Both the position numbers and the translations under genes were made by a program. From Geopsychrobacteraceae bacterium (GTDB taxonomy: Bacteria > Desulfobacterota > Desulfuromonadia > Desulfuromonadales > Geopsychrobacteraceae): 64,000 nt of DNA. The DNA lies in assembly GCA_963662315.1 (NCBI GenBank), contig OY759353.1:3648001-3712000 (forward strand), in the 5' to 3' direction. Below the pieces are notes generated by a model that saw only the letters and a program-made list of their open reading frames with translations, made no database searches and was not told the origin of the DNA. Positions 1 to 9,153 of the stretch are shown here, piece by piece. Positions within the stretch are counted from its first letter, which is position 1. Each line of letters opens with the position of its first letter.

Positions 1-145
1 GTGGAAAATGGCCCACGAGGTAGTGGCCTTGGTTTCAGGTTACTACGATATTGATCGGGATGCCATCAGGCAACAGGTGCTGAATAACTATTCCATGGAC
101 CGCCTGGTGGAACTGATTGAGGAGGGGTATGAGCGCATCCTTTGA
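1..145 (+). CDS. 3' end of a probable GT-B (GT4-like) glycosyltransferase, partial
   Basis: Frame 2 is open to TGA at 143-145 and reads ...DAIRQQVLNNYSMDRLVELIEEGYERIL, resembling GT4 C-terminal helices; overlaps the next gene start. Confidence 0.5.
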   Translation, partial: WKMAHEVVALVSGYYDIDRDAIRQQVLNNYSMDRLVELIEEGYERIL

Positions 146-1436
146 GACAGGAATCGTCCGGGTCGGGTGGGGCGCTGGAATGATCGCTCAAGGCTTGCTG
201 CCAAGCGAGCCGGAAGCCTACCACTATCTGGTCGATAGTGATGAGCGCAAATGGGGGCAGTCCCTGGCAGGAGTAACTATTTGTTCTCCGGATAAATTGC
301 TGCAGGAAGACCCTGCTTGTCTGCAACTAAAAATATTCTCTTCCAGCTGGGCGCAGATTTGTGAACAATTGCTGCAGATGGGGTTTTCAGAAGCATTTGT
401 CCGTGATCAGGTCGAGAAGCCTCAGACGGCCTCATCACCGGAGTTTCTGTCCAATCTGCAACGCTTACAGCAGGACTGTCTGAAAAACGTTGAGGTGAGT
501 TCCTTTCCGCTTAATCTTAACTTTGACATTACCAATATCTGCAATCTGCGTTGTCCACTGTGTCCGACGGGGCAGAATGATAAACGCTATCCACGGGGGC
601 AGATGGCTTTTGCCGACTTCAAGAAGATTATGGACGAAGTGGGCGTCTATGCTTCCGATATTTATCTGTTCAACTGGGGCGAAGCCTTTCTCAACCAGGA
701 TGTGTTTCGTATGATCGCCTATGCGCGGGAGAATTTCTCCTGCCGGGTGACGATTTCGAGCAACTTCAATACCATCACGGCGACCCAAATTGACCAGCTC
801 GCAGCCAGTAGCCTCGATTTTCTATCCTTGTCCATTGATGGCGCCAGTCAGGAAAGTTACAGCCGCTACCGGGTTGGCGGAGATCTGGCGCAGGTATTGC
901 GGAACATTGATCTGTTGCAACAGCGTAAACAGGCAATGGGTAACCGTCTCCCCGTGATTGAGTGGCGTTATCTGGTCAATGCCTACAACGACAGTGCTGA
1001 GGAAATTGCCCTGGCCCGAAAAATGGCTGAAGACAGAGGGTTAATCTTTAACCTTGGGATGATTCATGTCGATATGGGTAAAGAGATCGAGGAAGGGCTG
1101 GAAAAACAACTTCAGCAGGATGGACACTGGATCTCCCGTAATCACAGTGACACATACTGTGCTTATGATTTTAACCATTTTGAGCGCAAAGAGAAAAAAG
1201 CCGAGTGTACGATTCCCTGGCGGATCGCCTACATAAACTGGAATGGTGACCTGGCCCCCTGTTGCGGTCTCTACGACCCGAAGTACACTCTCGGCAATGT
1301 TTTGACCGATTCGTTTGCCAGGGTCTGGAATGGTGAAAAGATTCAGTTGGCAAGGAAAATTCTTATTGATCCCGAAACGGTAGCGCATAGCCAGCATATT
1401 TGCGCCCGTTGCAGACGGGGTGGGTTTATCGTCTAA
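129..1436 (+). CDS. Radical SAM/SPASM-domain protein with an N-terminal Rossmann-like domain
   Basis: CNLRCPLC (CxxxCxxC), GEAFL, C-terminal C..PW...NGDLAPCC...LGN...CARC; ATG 129 follows GAGGAGG. Confidence 0.85.
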   Translation: MSASFETGIVRVGWGAGMIAQGLLPSEPEAYHYLVDSDERKWGQSLAGVTICSPDKLLQEDPACLQLKIFSSSWAQICEQLLQMGFSEAFVRDQVEKPQTASSPEFLSNLQRLQQDCLKNVEVSSFPLNLNFDITNICNLRCPLCPTGQNDKRYPRGQMAFADFKKIMDEVGVYASDIYLFNWGEAFLNQDVFRMIAYARENFSCRVTISSNFNTITATQIDQLAASSLDFLSLSIDGASQESYSRYRVGGDLAQVLRNIDLLQQRKQAMGNRLPVIEWRYLVNAYNDSAEEIALARKMAEDRGLIFNLGMIHVDMGKEIEEGLEKQLQQDGHWISRNHSDTYCAYDFNHFERKEKKAECTIPWRIAYINWNGDLAPCCGLYDPKYTLGNVLTDSFARVWNGEKIQLARKILIDPETVAHSQHICARCRRGGFIV

Positions 1437-1483
1437 CTGCTTTAATTGATAGCCATAGTCAATTTTCTAAGGAGGAATTCAAT

Positions 1484-2383
1484 ATGAAGGCAATTATTCT
1501 TATTGTGTGTAGCTTTTTTGTTTTAAGCCAAGTTGCATTTGCAGATACAGCAACATCGTTATTGATTCATTCAAATACCTTTAGTGGAGATACTTCTTTC
1601 GAAGATAGCTCAATTAATCACCATAACATAACTGTACATGGTGATGTTTTTCACACGAGTAACACATTTGTATTTGGTGGTTCATCCCTGGTTTTCGCAG
1701 GGGAGGATTGGTTGAGTTTGGCTTATGATGACGCTTTTAATTTTGGAACAGACGATTTTACTATCGATTTTTGGGTAAATTTAGCGGTACCGCTGGAAGA
1801 CAGTTTTCCGGTTAGAATTATTGGCTTTGGTAGCCAATCTTCAGGAGAGTATTTTTCTGTTGGGATAGGGAGGAAAACAGGTGGATTGGTTGATAAAGAG
1901 GGAGGACTTGTTCTGTCTAGTAATTTCGGAAGTTGGAGTAATTATGGTTCTTCCGAAATGGGAGTGATACCAGTAAATAACTGGGTTCATTTCGCATTAG
2001 TGAGAAAAAGTAGTGTATTGTACTTTTTTAAAAATGGACAATTGTATGGTACTGAAGCGTGCAACCAAAACTTAGTTTTTACAGATGGAATAACTATTGG
2101 AAAAGGAAATCAAATTGATGGAGACCAAGGGTACCTTGATGGATATATTGATGAATTGAGAGTTTTACGTGGCGTTGCTCAATGGACTGAAAGTTTTGAG
2201 GTGCCCACATCTGCTTACTCTTATGAATGTATAGATGGTGGCGATTTTAATGGGGATGGCGTTGTCGATATAAATGATTTACTTGCAAAACAAGCAGATG
2301 TTACAGAAAAAATTAAAGTCATACAGGATGATTTTAATTTTTGGATTAATAATTGTTGGTCAGGAAGTAACTTGTGTCAATAA
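1484..2383 (+). CDS. Secreted LamG-like jellyroll protein with a C-terminal dockerin/EF-hand-like motif
   Basis: AAGGAGG before ATG 1484; signal peptide MKAIILIV...AFA; DFTIDFWV, WVHFALVR, GYIDELRV; DFNGDGVVDINDLL. Confidence 0.75.
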   Translation: MKAIILIVCSFFVLSQVAFADTATSLLIHSNTFSGDTSFEDSSINHHNITVHGDVFHTSNTFVFGGSSLVFAGEDWLSLAYDDAFNFGTDDFTIDFWVNLAVPLEDSFPVRIIGFGSQSSGEYFSVGIGRKTGGLVDKEGGLVLSSNFGSWSNYGSSEMGVIPVNNWVHFALVRKSSVLYFFKNGQLYGTEACNQNLVFTDGITIGKGNQIDGDQGYLDGYIDELRVLRGVAQWTESFEVPTSAYSYECIDGGDFNGDGVVDINDLLAKQADVTEKIKVIQDDFNFWINNCWSGSNLCQ

Positions 2384-2436
2384 GAGTCTTTTCCTGGGAA
2401 GGAAAGTTTTTTTAATAAAGAATTACGAAAGGAGGA

Positions 2437-3576
2437 TTGGTGCTATCTATTTCAGATTGGAAAAATTGCTTTCGGGCGTATGACGATTTTATTCAGCAAC
2501 ATGATTCTTTTTCGATATATGGAACTGGTGCGGGGGCAGATTATGTAACAGCTCTTTTGCGTAAGGAAGGTAAGAATATAGAGCGTTATTTTGATTCCTA
2601 TAAGACCAGTGGTGAAAAAAATAGTTTGCCTGTATGTCATTCAAGCGAATTGAAGCATGAAGAAAAAATAATTATAGCAAGCTCTTTTTCTGCGGAAATT
2701 TCAGAGTACCTAGAGCGTAATAATTTCTCTTTTGGCAAAGATTATATTGCCCTGCCCACAGTTGCAAAAGACTATGAACTCCAGAAATTTATTAAAGTGA
2801 ATATAACCCAGTTCACTGCTTTTAGTACTAGTTTAAGTGATTTGAATAGCAAAAATAACTGGTCAAACTATCTTCTCCACCTGTTTTCCAGCGGGGTCTT
2901 ACCAAAAAATTATAATCAGCGCACTGAAAAGGTCGCCAGTGAAATAGCTGACTATGTCGATTTTGTTGATCATAAGTTTCTGACGCCGCTTTTTCAGGAC
3001 CGTGCCTATGTGTATTCAGATACGCTCGGACCGGTCGCGGGGGATACAATTTTTGATGTAGGTGGTTTTTGTGGCGATACGGCAATGCTGTTCCAGCATC
3101 AGACCGCCGGGGAGGCGGTTATCTATGTTTTTGAACCCGTTGCCAGTTCTTTTGAACGGATTAATCGCATAGCGGAACGTTATACCAATATCCACGCGGT
3201 CCCCTTTGGATTGTGGAACGAGAACTGTCAAAAAATGATGGTTGTTAACCACGAGCGTCTTGATATTGCAGCCGTAGCAGAATGTTCGGCGGGCGACGAG
3301 CAGGTCACGCTGATGCGGTTGGATGATTTTTGTATCCAGAATGAAGTTCCATGCGTCAATTTTATCAAGATTGATGTTGAAGGGGGCGAGTTGGCAGTGC
3401 TTCAGGGCGCAGAGGAAACTTTGCGAAAGAGCAAGCCAAAGTTGGCTGTAGCTGCTTACCACGACTATTCGGATTTATTGGAGATTTGGGCTTACCTTCA
3501 GCAGTTGAGCTATAAGGACTTCTATTTTAAACATTATGGACGGGCCATGAACGATTATGTCCTGTTTGCGGGATAA
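2437..3576 (+). CDS. FkbM family methyltransferase
   Basis: IFDVGGFCG, FEPV, FIKIDVEGGELAVLQGA, AAYH. Confidence 0.9.
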   Translation: MVLSISDWKNCFRAYDDFIQQHDSFSIYGTGAGADYVTALLRKEGKNIERYFDSYKTSGEKNSLPVCHSSELKHEEKIIIASSFSAEISEYLERNNFSFGKDYIALPTVAKDYELQKFIKVNITQFTAFSTSLSDLNSKNNWSNYLLHLFSSGVLPKNYNQRTEKVASEIADYVDFVDHKFLTPLFQDRAYVYSDTLGPVAGDTIFDVGGFCGDTAMLFQHQTAGEAVIYVFEPVASSFERINRIAERYTNIHAVPFGLWNENCQKMMVVNHERLDIAAVAECSAGDEQVTLMRLDDFCIQNEVPCVNFIKIDVEGGELAVLQGAEETLRKSKPKLAVAAYHDYSDLLEIWAYLQQLSYKDFYFKHYGRAMNDYVLFAG

Positions 3577-3582
3577 CATAGA

Positions 3583-5094
3583 ATGCAGACAATTCGGCTT
3601 GCTATTTTTCATTGCTGCGCAATTCATTATATTGAAGCTTTCCTGGAAAAGTTGCTTCCTGAGCTGGAACTCAGGCATGGCGCCCAGCAAATTGAAAAAA
3701 CAGTAATAACCTGCTATGCCAATCAGGACAGTTTTCTGGCGGCAGGATATGATGATGTGATCCATTATCCTTACCGCAAGCATTTTAGCGTGGACCATAC
3801 CCCGGATAGCTTTTTTACCGAGGTGAATGACCGCAAGTTCGATTATCTGATCTATTTTTGTGACAAGCAACTGCCCTATCCGCAGAGTAACCTGCGGCCG
3901 TTCATCGAAAAGTTTAATGCACGGAATTTTATTCCTTTTAATACCAAGGGTTATCGGATTGAATTACCTGAGGTGATTAGAACGCAACTTACCGCTTTCG
4001 GTGATCGTCCTTTGGATAATTTGCCCAGTCCTCGAGCGGTCGCCATCTGTACCACCGACTTCTGTAGTGCCGATTGCAGTTTTTGCTGTCTGAAGACGCA
4101 AGGCGTGCAGCCGCATGACAACATTCTTTCCTTTGCGGATTTTAAGCGTTATTACCCCCAGGTTTTGGAGCAGGTTGACCATATTGATTTCTCCCTTGGG
4201 GAAATCTTTACCAACCCTGAGGCAGGTCTGATCCTTGACTATGTCATTGATCACTACCCTGAGAAAAAGATTTCTATTTACACCAATGCCATTGGTTTGA
4301 AAGAAACCTTTGCCGAACAAATTTTGGCGGCGCCCCAGGATTTTGAACTTGATATTTCGATTAACGCTACGACGGCAGAAACCTATCGTAAAGAAATGCA
4401 GGTCGATGCCTTTAAACGTGTTCTTGAAAATATTGATTACCTAACGCGTCGTCGTGCTGAGTTGGGACTGGAAAAAAGCAAGAAAGTTGTTTTCTCATAT
4501 CTGATCAGCAACGCTTCTTTGGAAGAATATCCTGCAGTTTTGGATCTGATAGAGCGCTATCGTATTGATGGCCTGATCCCCCGGATTATGAAAATCTACG
4601 ATAAACAGTCCTATGCCAAGTCAGTTTATTTCAATCAGCAGCGTTATAATGACCTGGTTGCCCAGGTTGAAACGGAAGCCGCAAAGCGTGGGCTGAATTT
4701 TTCACGTGCCCCGCGCTTCAGCGGTAATTTGCGTTTAACTCCTCTGGATCGTTCTTTGGGCACGCAGATTAAATGTGATTCTCCCTGGGCCTTGCTTTAT
4801 TTACGTACCAACGGGGATGTCAGCTTGTGTGCCAACTGGAACTTTCACATCGGCAATATCCGCAGGCAATCTTTTGCTGAAATATGGAACGGTGAGCGCG
4901 CACGTAAGGTTCGTCAGGACATTATCCATGGTGATAACCCGCGGGAGTGCTGGGCTTGCGAATGCAATTTTGCTGAAGAGAATTGGATCGATTCACTGGC
5001 ATACCATTTTGTCTGGGGATTTCAGGAGCACCTGATGGATGTTCGTTTTAATGACGATTATGGATATCGTAAACCGGGAGATTTCAACGCATGA
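3583..5094 (+). CDS. Radical SAM/SPASM-domain protein
   Basis: CSADCSFC; C-terminal CDSPW...GDVSLC...IGNI...CWAC. Confidence 0.85.
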   Translation: MQTIRLAIFHCCAIHYIEAFLEKLLPELELRHGAQQIEKTVITCYANQDSFLAAGYDDVIHYPYRKHFSVDHTPDSFFTEVNDRKFDYLIYFCDKQLPYPQSNLRPFIEKFNARNFIPFNTKGYRIELPEVIRTQLTAFGDRPLDNLPSPRAVAICTTDFCSADCSFCCLKTQGVQPHDNILSFADFKRYYPQVLEQVDHIDFSLGEIFTNPEAGLILDYVIDHYPEKKISIYTNAIGLKETFAEQILAAPQDFELDISINATTAETYRKEMQVDAFKRVLENIDYLTRRRAELGLEKSKKVVFSYLISNASLEEYPAVLDLIERYRIDGLIPRIMKIYDKQSYAKSVYFNQQRYNDLVAQVETEAAKRGLNFSRAPRFSGNLRLTPLDRSLGTQIKCDSPWALLYLRTNGDVSLCANWNFHIGNIRRQSFAEIWNGERARKVRQDIIHGDNPRECWACECNFAEENWIDSLAYHFVWGFQEHLMDVRFNDDYGYRKPGDFNA

Positions 5095-6515
5095 AGGTCT
5101 GTGTGATTAATCCCCCCTGGGAAACGGATAAAGGTTATGGTGCCCGTAGTAACTGTCGCTGGCCCCATGTTGAAACCACCCGATTTACTCACTTTCCCAT
5201 TTACCTCGGTTATACAGTCGCTCTTCTGGAGCAGGGGGGTATCGAGACCTGTGTCCTCGACTGTGCCACGGATAGCCTGGACAGTGACGGGATGATGAAG
5301 ACTCTTGAACAAGAGCAACCCGACTTGTGTTTGCTCGAGGTATCAACTCCGACCATCTTCCAGGATTTAGCCAACGGGCAAAGAATTAAGCAGGAGCTTG
5401 GGAGTAAGGTGATCCTGATGGGAGCCCATGCAACTGTTTTTGACCAGCAGCTGTTGCGTGACAATTCCTGGCTTGACGGTATTATCCGGGGTGAGTTTGA
5501 GCAAACGGCATTAGAGATATGTCTTAAACCCTGGAGTGAAGTTTTAAGTTTTACCTTTCGCAGTGGCACTGAGGTTATCAAAAATCCTGAACGAACCGAA
5601 TTCCTGGATCTGGATGAGCTCCCTTATCCGGCCTGGGATAAGTTCGATCTGTCGTCTTATGATTGGGCGCTTTTGCCATCGCCAGCCATGCTGACGATTG
5701 CGACGCGGGGCTGTCCTTTCCAATGCAGTTATTGCCTGTGGCCCCAGCTCATGTATGGGCATAAACAACGGCGCCGCAGTCCGAAAGGTCTGTGTGATGA
5801 AATTGAATTCATGCAGAAGAAGTATGGTATCAAAGGATTGCGTTTTGATGATGACACCTTTGCCCTGCATGCTGATTATGTTCGCGAAATCTGCCATGAA
5901 TTGATCAACAGGGGCCTGAACAAAACTATCCAGTTCAGTTGTTTCGGCCATACCTCACAGCCTGATGAGGATCTGTATCGCTTGATGAAAGAGGCCGGTT
6001 TTATTCAGATCGATTTTGGTATCGAAACGGGTTCCTCTGTCGTTCTGGATGGTCTCAAGAAGGGGACCTATATAGAGAATGCCCGCAAAACGATTGCCAT
6101 CTGCCGGAGCCTGGGTATTGAAACCTATGGGACCTATATGATGGGTTTTCCCGACGAAACGGAAGACGATATCCGCCAGACTCTCAACCTCGCGTTGGAG
6201 CTTGATACCGATTTCATGCAGGTCAGTTATGTTTTGCCCTATCCAGGGACAAAAATTTTTACTGAATGTGAGCAGCGCGGCTACTTGGCTTACGGTAATG
6301 ACTGGGAGCGCTATGATGGCACCGAGCCGGTAATCATCAACAAAGTCCCACGTGAAAAACTGATGAAACTCTATAAACGTTTCTGGAGCCGATATTTTTT
6401 AAGACCACGTTATGTGATCTATTTTTTCCGTAAATCATTTCAGTCTTTCCGCGATTTCCGCAAGGCAGTGAGCGGTGTTTTCTATATTTTTAGGAAGGTG
6501 CTGAAGATTGCCTGA
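5091..6515 (+). CDS. B12-binding radical SAM protein (class B methyltransferase-like)
   Basis: INPP, GAHAT, RGEFE, TRGCPFQCSYC, DDDTF, GIETGS, GFPDET. Confidence 0.9.
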   Translation: MKVCVINPPWETDKGYGARSNCRWPHVETTRFTHFPIYLGYTVALLEQGGIETCVLDCATDSLDSDGMMKTLEQEQPDLCLLEVSTPTIFQDLANGQRIKQELGSKVILMGAHATVFDQQLLRDNSWLDGIIRGEFEQTALEICLKPWSEVLSFTFRSGTEVIKNPERTEFLDLDELPYPAWDKFDLSSYDWALLPSPAMLTIATRGCPFQCSYCLWPQLMYGHKQRRRSPKGLCDEIEFMQKKYGIKGLRFDDDTFALHADYVREICHELINRGLNKTIQFSCFGHTSQPDEDLYRLMKEAGFIQIDFGIETGSSVVLDGLKKGTYIENARKTIAICRSLGIETYGTYMMGFPDETEDDIRQTLNLALELDTDFMQVSYVLPYPGTKIFTECEQRGYLAYGNDWERYDGTEPVIINKVPREKLMKLYKRFWSRYFLRPRYVIYFFRKSFQSFRDFRKAVSGVFYIFRKVLKIA

Positions 6516-8106
6516 TTTTTCCTGGACAACGACAGATGCGCTGTTGCTGGCCATGCTTGGCGCCATTGGCATCTGGTTGAGATTATACCGCCTGGCAGCG
6601 CAGGGGCACCGTTATTACGATGAGGGCCTGTATTATGTCAGGGCTCTCTACCAGTACGAGTTATTGCGCTTTGTTTTGAAGAATTTTCGTGGCTTACTTC
6701 GGGGGAGTACAAATCTTAACAATATTTTTTCGAAAACAGAGCAGGGCTGGTATCCACGTAATGCCAATTACCAGTTACATGAGTGGTGTATCGCTCTTTT
6801 AATGGGCATTTTTGGTCGTCGCCCCGCTATCAGCCTGTATCTTTCAGCCCTTTTCGGTATTCTTGCTCTTTTTGTCGTTCCCGTGCTGGCCGGATGTGTC
6901 GCTGGCCAAGGGGCTTTTGGGCTGGCACTGATACTGATGAGTGTTGATGCCGCCAATGTGTATTATTCACGTACGGCATTTGGGGATACTCAGGCGGCCT
7001 TTTTTCTCGTCCTTGGTTTATTTTGTCTCTGGGCTGGTTTTGATGGCAGCTACATATTGGTCCTCTTGGCGGGTCTTTTTTGCTGCTGTTGCCTGATGTG
7101 CAAGACGCAATACTATTTTATGATTCTGGCTGTGGAGCTGTGTCTTGTTGTGACCGTGCCTGGCCGTGAGCTCTGGAGTACGGGAATAGTGGCCTTCATC
7201 GTGTTCAATCTGGGATTGATGCTTCCTATTCTTTTTATCGAGGGATTTTACCGGATTTTGAAACATTGGGGGTATGAGCAACAGACCTATCTGCAGCTTG
7301 TTTATCACCAGTACTTTAATATCACCAGGGCGGGGGACGATTACGAGACTCGCAGCAGCTATCGACGTGAAATTCCATGGTTTCGCTGGCGTTGGCTGCA
7401 GATGTTTTGGCGCATTCAAAATCCCTTTTACTGTTTGTTGCTGGTTGTGGCAGTTATTGTCAGCCTGTTCAGTGGGCAGGGTTTTCTGTACGGACTTTTG
7501 TTTGTCAGTATTATTCCGGTCCTGAACTGGCTTCGCCATGAATTTTGTGCTTTACGCTACCTGTTTTCCAATCATCTGTTACTTGTCGCTTTAATGGCCC
7601 TCAGTCTGGGGCCTTATGTCCAGGGCTGGGGTCTCGTGCTGTTGGGCTTACTCCTGCTGGGGGTGGGTATTTACTGGGATCGTAAATATTTTGAAGTTTC
7701 AGCGCATTTACAAAGCTATAAATATTTAACAACAATTGCCGATAAAATATACAGTGCTGATTTTTACAATGCCCAGATTTTTTTCCCACGCCATGCGGTT
7801 CGCTATGCTCCAGGGAGTTTGGACGAGTTGAAAACTCTTTATGATGAGGGCTTTTCACACTGGTTGGTTGATTTACATAGCACTTTTGCGTTAACCGATG
7901 GTCAGGAACAGGTTTTGGACTTTGTAGAAAAAATGCTTATTCCCGTATGTGAGTTGGAAGATGAATCTATTGTCCGCCCCCATTTCTGGTGGGAATATTG
8001 TTACAGTAAACTTGTAAATCACAAATATGAGCGGTGCTTTCGTGATGCACCTAAACAAAATCGCACCATCAGGATCTATGACCTTGAACCTCTGGTAAAG
8101 GGGTAA
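6508..8106 (+). CDS. Polytopic GT-C glycosyltransferase (ArnT/PMT-like)
   Basis: LRLY...YYDEGLY acidic motif after TM1, YSR...D motif, many TM segments. Confidence 0.65.
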   Translation: MPDFSWTTTDALLLAMLGAIGIWLRLYRLAAQGHRYYDEGLYYVRALYQYELLRFVLKNFRGLLRGSTNLNNIFSKTEQGWYPRNANYQLHEWCIALLMGIFGRRPAISLYLSALFGILALFVVPVLAGCVAGQGAFGLALILMSVDAANVYYSRTAFGDTQAAFFLVLGLFCLWAGFDGSYILVLLAGLFCCCCLMCKTQYYFMILAVELCLVVTVPGRELWSTGIVAFIVFNLGLMLPILFIEGFYRILKHWGYEQQTYLQLVYHQYFNITRAGDDYETRSSYRREIPWFRWRWLQMFWRIQNPFYCLLLVVAVIVSLFSGQGFLYGLLFVSIIPVLNWLRHEFCALRYLFSNHLLLVALMALSLGPYVQGWGLVLLGLLLLGVGIYWDRKYFEVSAHLQSYKYLTTIADKIYSADFYNAQIFFPRHAVRYAPGSLDELKTLYDEGFSHWLVDLHSTFALTDGQEQVLDFVEKMLIPVCELEDESIVRPHFWWEYCYSKLVNHKYERCFRDAPKQNRTIRIYDLEPLVKG

Positions 8107-8133
8107 GAGCGGCAGGTCTCGGAGATATCTCGC

Positions 8134-9144
8134 ATGAAAAAAACTATTTTTATAACTGGTGTAGCTGGATTTCTTGGCAGTCATATGGCTGATATGTTCA
8201 TTCGCCAGGGGCATCGGGTTATCGGTTGCGATAGCCTTATCGGCGGCTATCTCGACAATGTCCCTGCGGAAGTGGAATTTTATCAGTATGATTGTGACTA
8301 TCATAATTCCATGGTCAAAATAACCAGAGGTGTTGATGTTGTCTTTCACTGCGCAGCGACGGCTTACGAAGGTCTGTCGGTTTTTTCACCTTATGTTGTC
8401 ACCAAAAATATCGTCAATGCGTCCGTTTCCGTCATGACGGCAGCTATTGCCAACAATGTGAAACGCTTTGTTTATTGCTCGAGTATGGCTCGCTATGGTG
8501 AACAGGAGGTTGTCCCTTTTACCGAGGATATGACCCCCTTGCCGCAGGATCCTTATGGCATCGGAAAATTCTCAAGTGAAATGTTTCTGAAGAATCTGAG
8601 TGAAATCCATGGCATGGAATATGTCATTGTTGTGCCCCACAACATAATCGGCCCTCGTCAGAAGTACGATGATCCCTATCGTAATGTCGCCAGCATCATG
8701 ATCAATCTCATGTTGCAGGGACGGCAGCCCATTATCTATGGTGATGGCACTCAGATGCGATGTTTCTCTTTTGTTCATGATATCTTGCCGCTGTTTGAAC
8801 AGCTTGTCGACAGCACTGATGTTGTGGGGCAGGTCATTAATTTTGGGCCGGATGAGGAGTTTGTGACCATTAACGAACTGGCGGAGATCATCGCAGATCT
8901 GCTGAATTTCGACCTGGATCCCGTGTTTATGCCGGGACGGCCACAGGAGGTAAGGCTGGCTAACTGCTCTGCTGATAAAGCCCGCCAGATGCTTGGTTAC
9001 CAGACCAGTTACTCTTTACGGCAGGGCTTGGCGGAGATGATTGACTATATTCGTAACCGGGGAGTTAAAAAATTTAAATATCACCTGGATCTGGAAATTA
9101 TTAACGACAAAACACCGGTCACTTGGAAAGAACGACTTTTTTAA
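8134..9144 (+). CDS. NAD-dependent epimerase/dehydratase
   Basis: TGVAGFLGSH, YGIGK (YxxxK), NIIGPRQ, GDGTQMR. Confidence 0.92.
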   Translation: MKKTIFITGVAGFLGSHMADMFIRQGHRVIGCDSLIGGYLDNVPAEVEFYQYDCDYHNSMVKITRGVDVVFHCAATAYEGLSVFSPYVVTKNIVNASVSVMTAAIANNVKRFVYCSSMARYGEQEVVPFTEDMTPLPQDPYGIGKFSSEMFLKNLSEIHGMEYVIVVPHNIIGPRQKYDDPYRNVASIMINLMLQGRQPIIYGDGTQMRCFSFVHDILPLFEQLVDSTDVVGQVINFGPDEEFVTINELAEIIADLLNFDLDPVFMPGRPQEVRLANCSADKARQMLGYQTSYSLRQGLAEMIDYIRNRGVKKFKYHLDLEIINDKTPVTWKERLF

Positions 9145-9153
9145 GGTCTGGCA

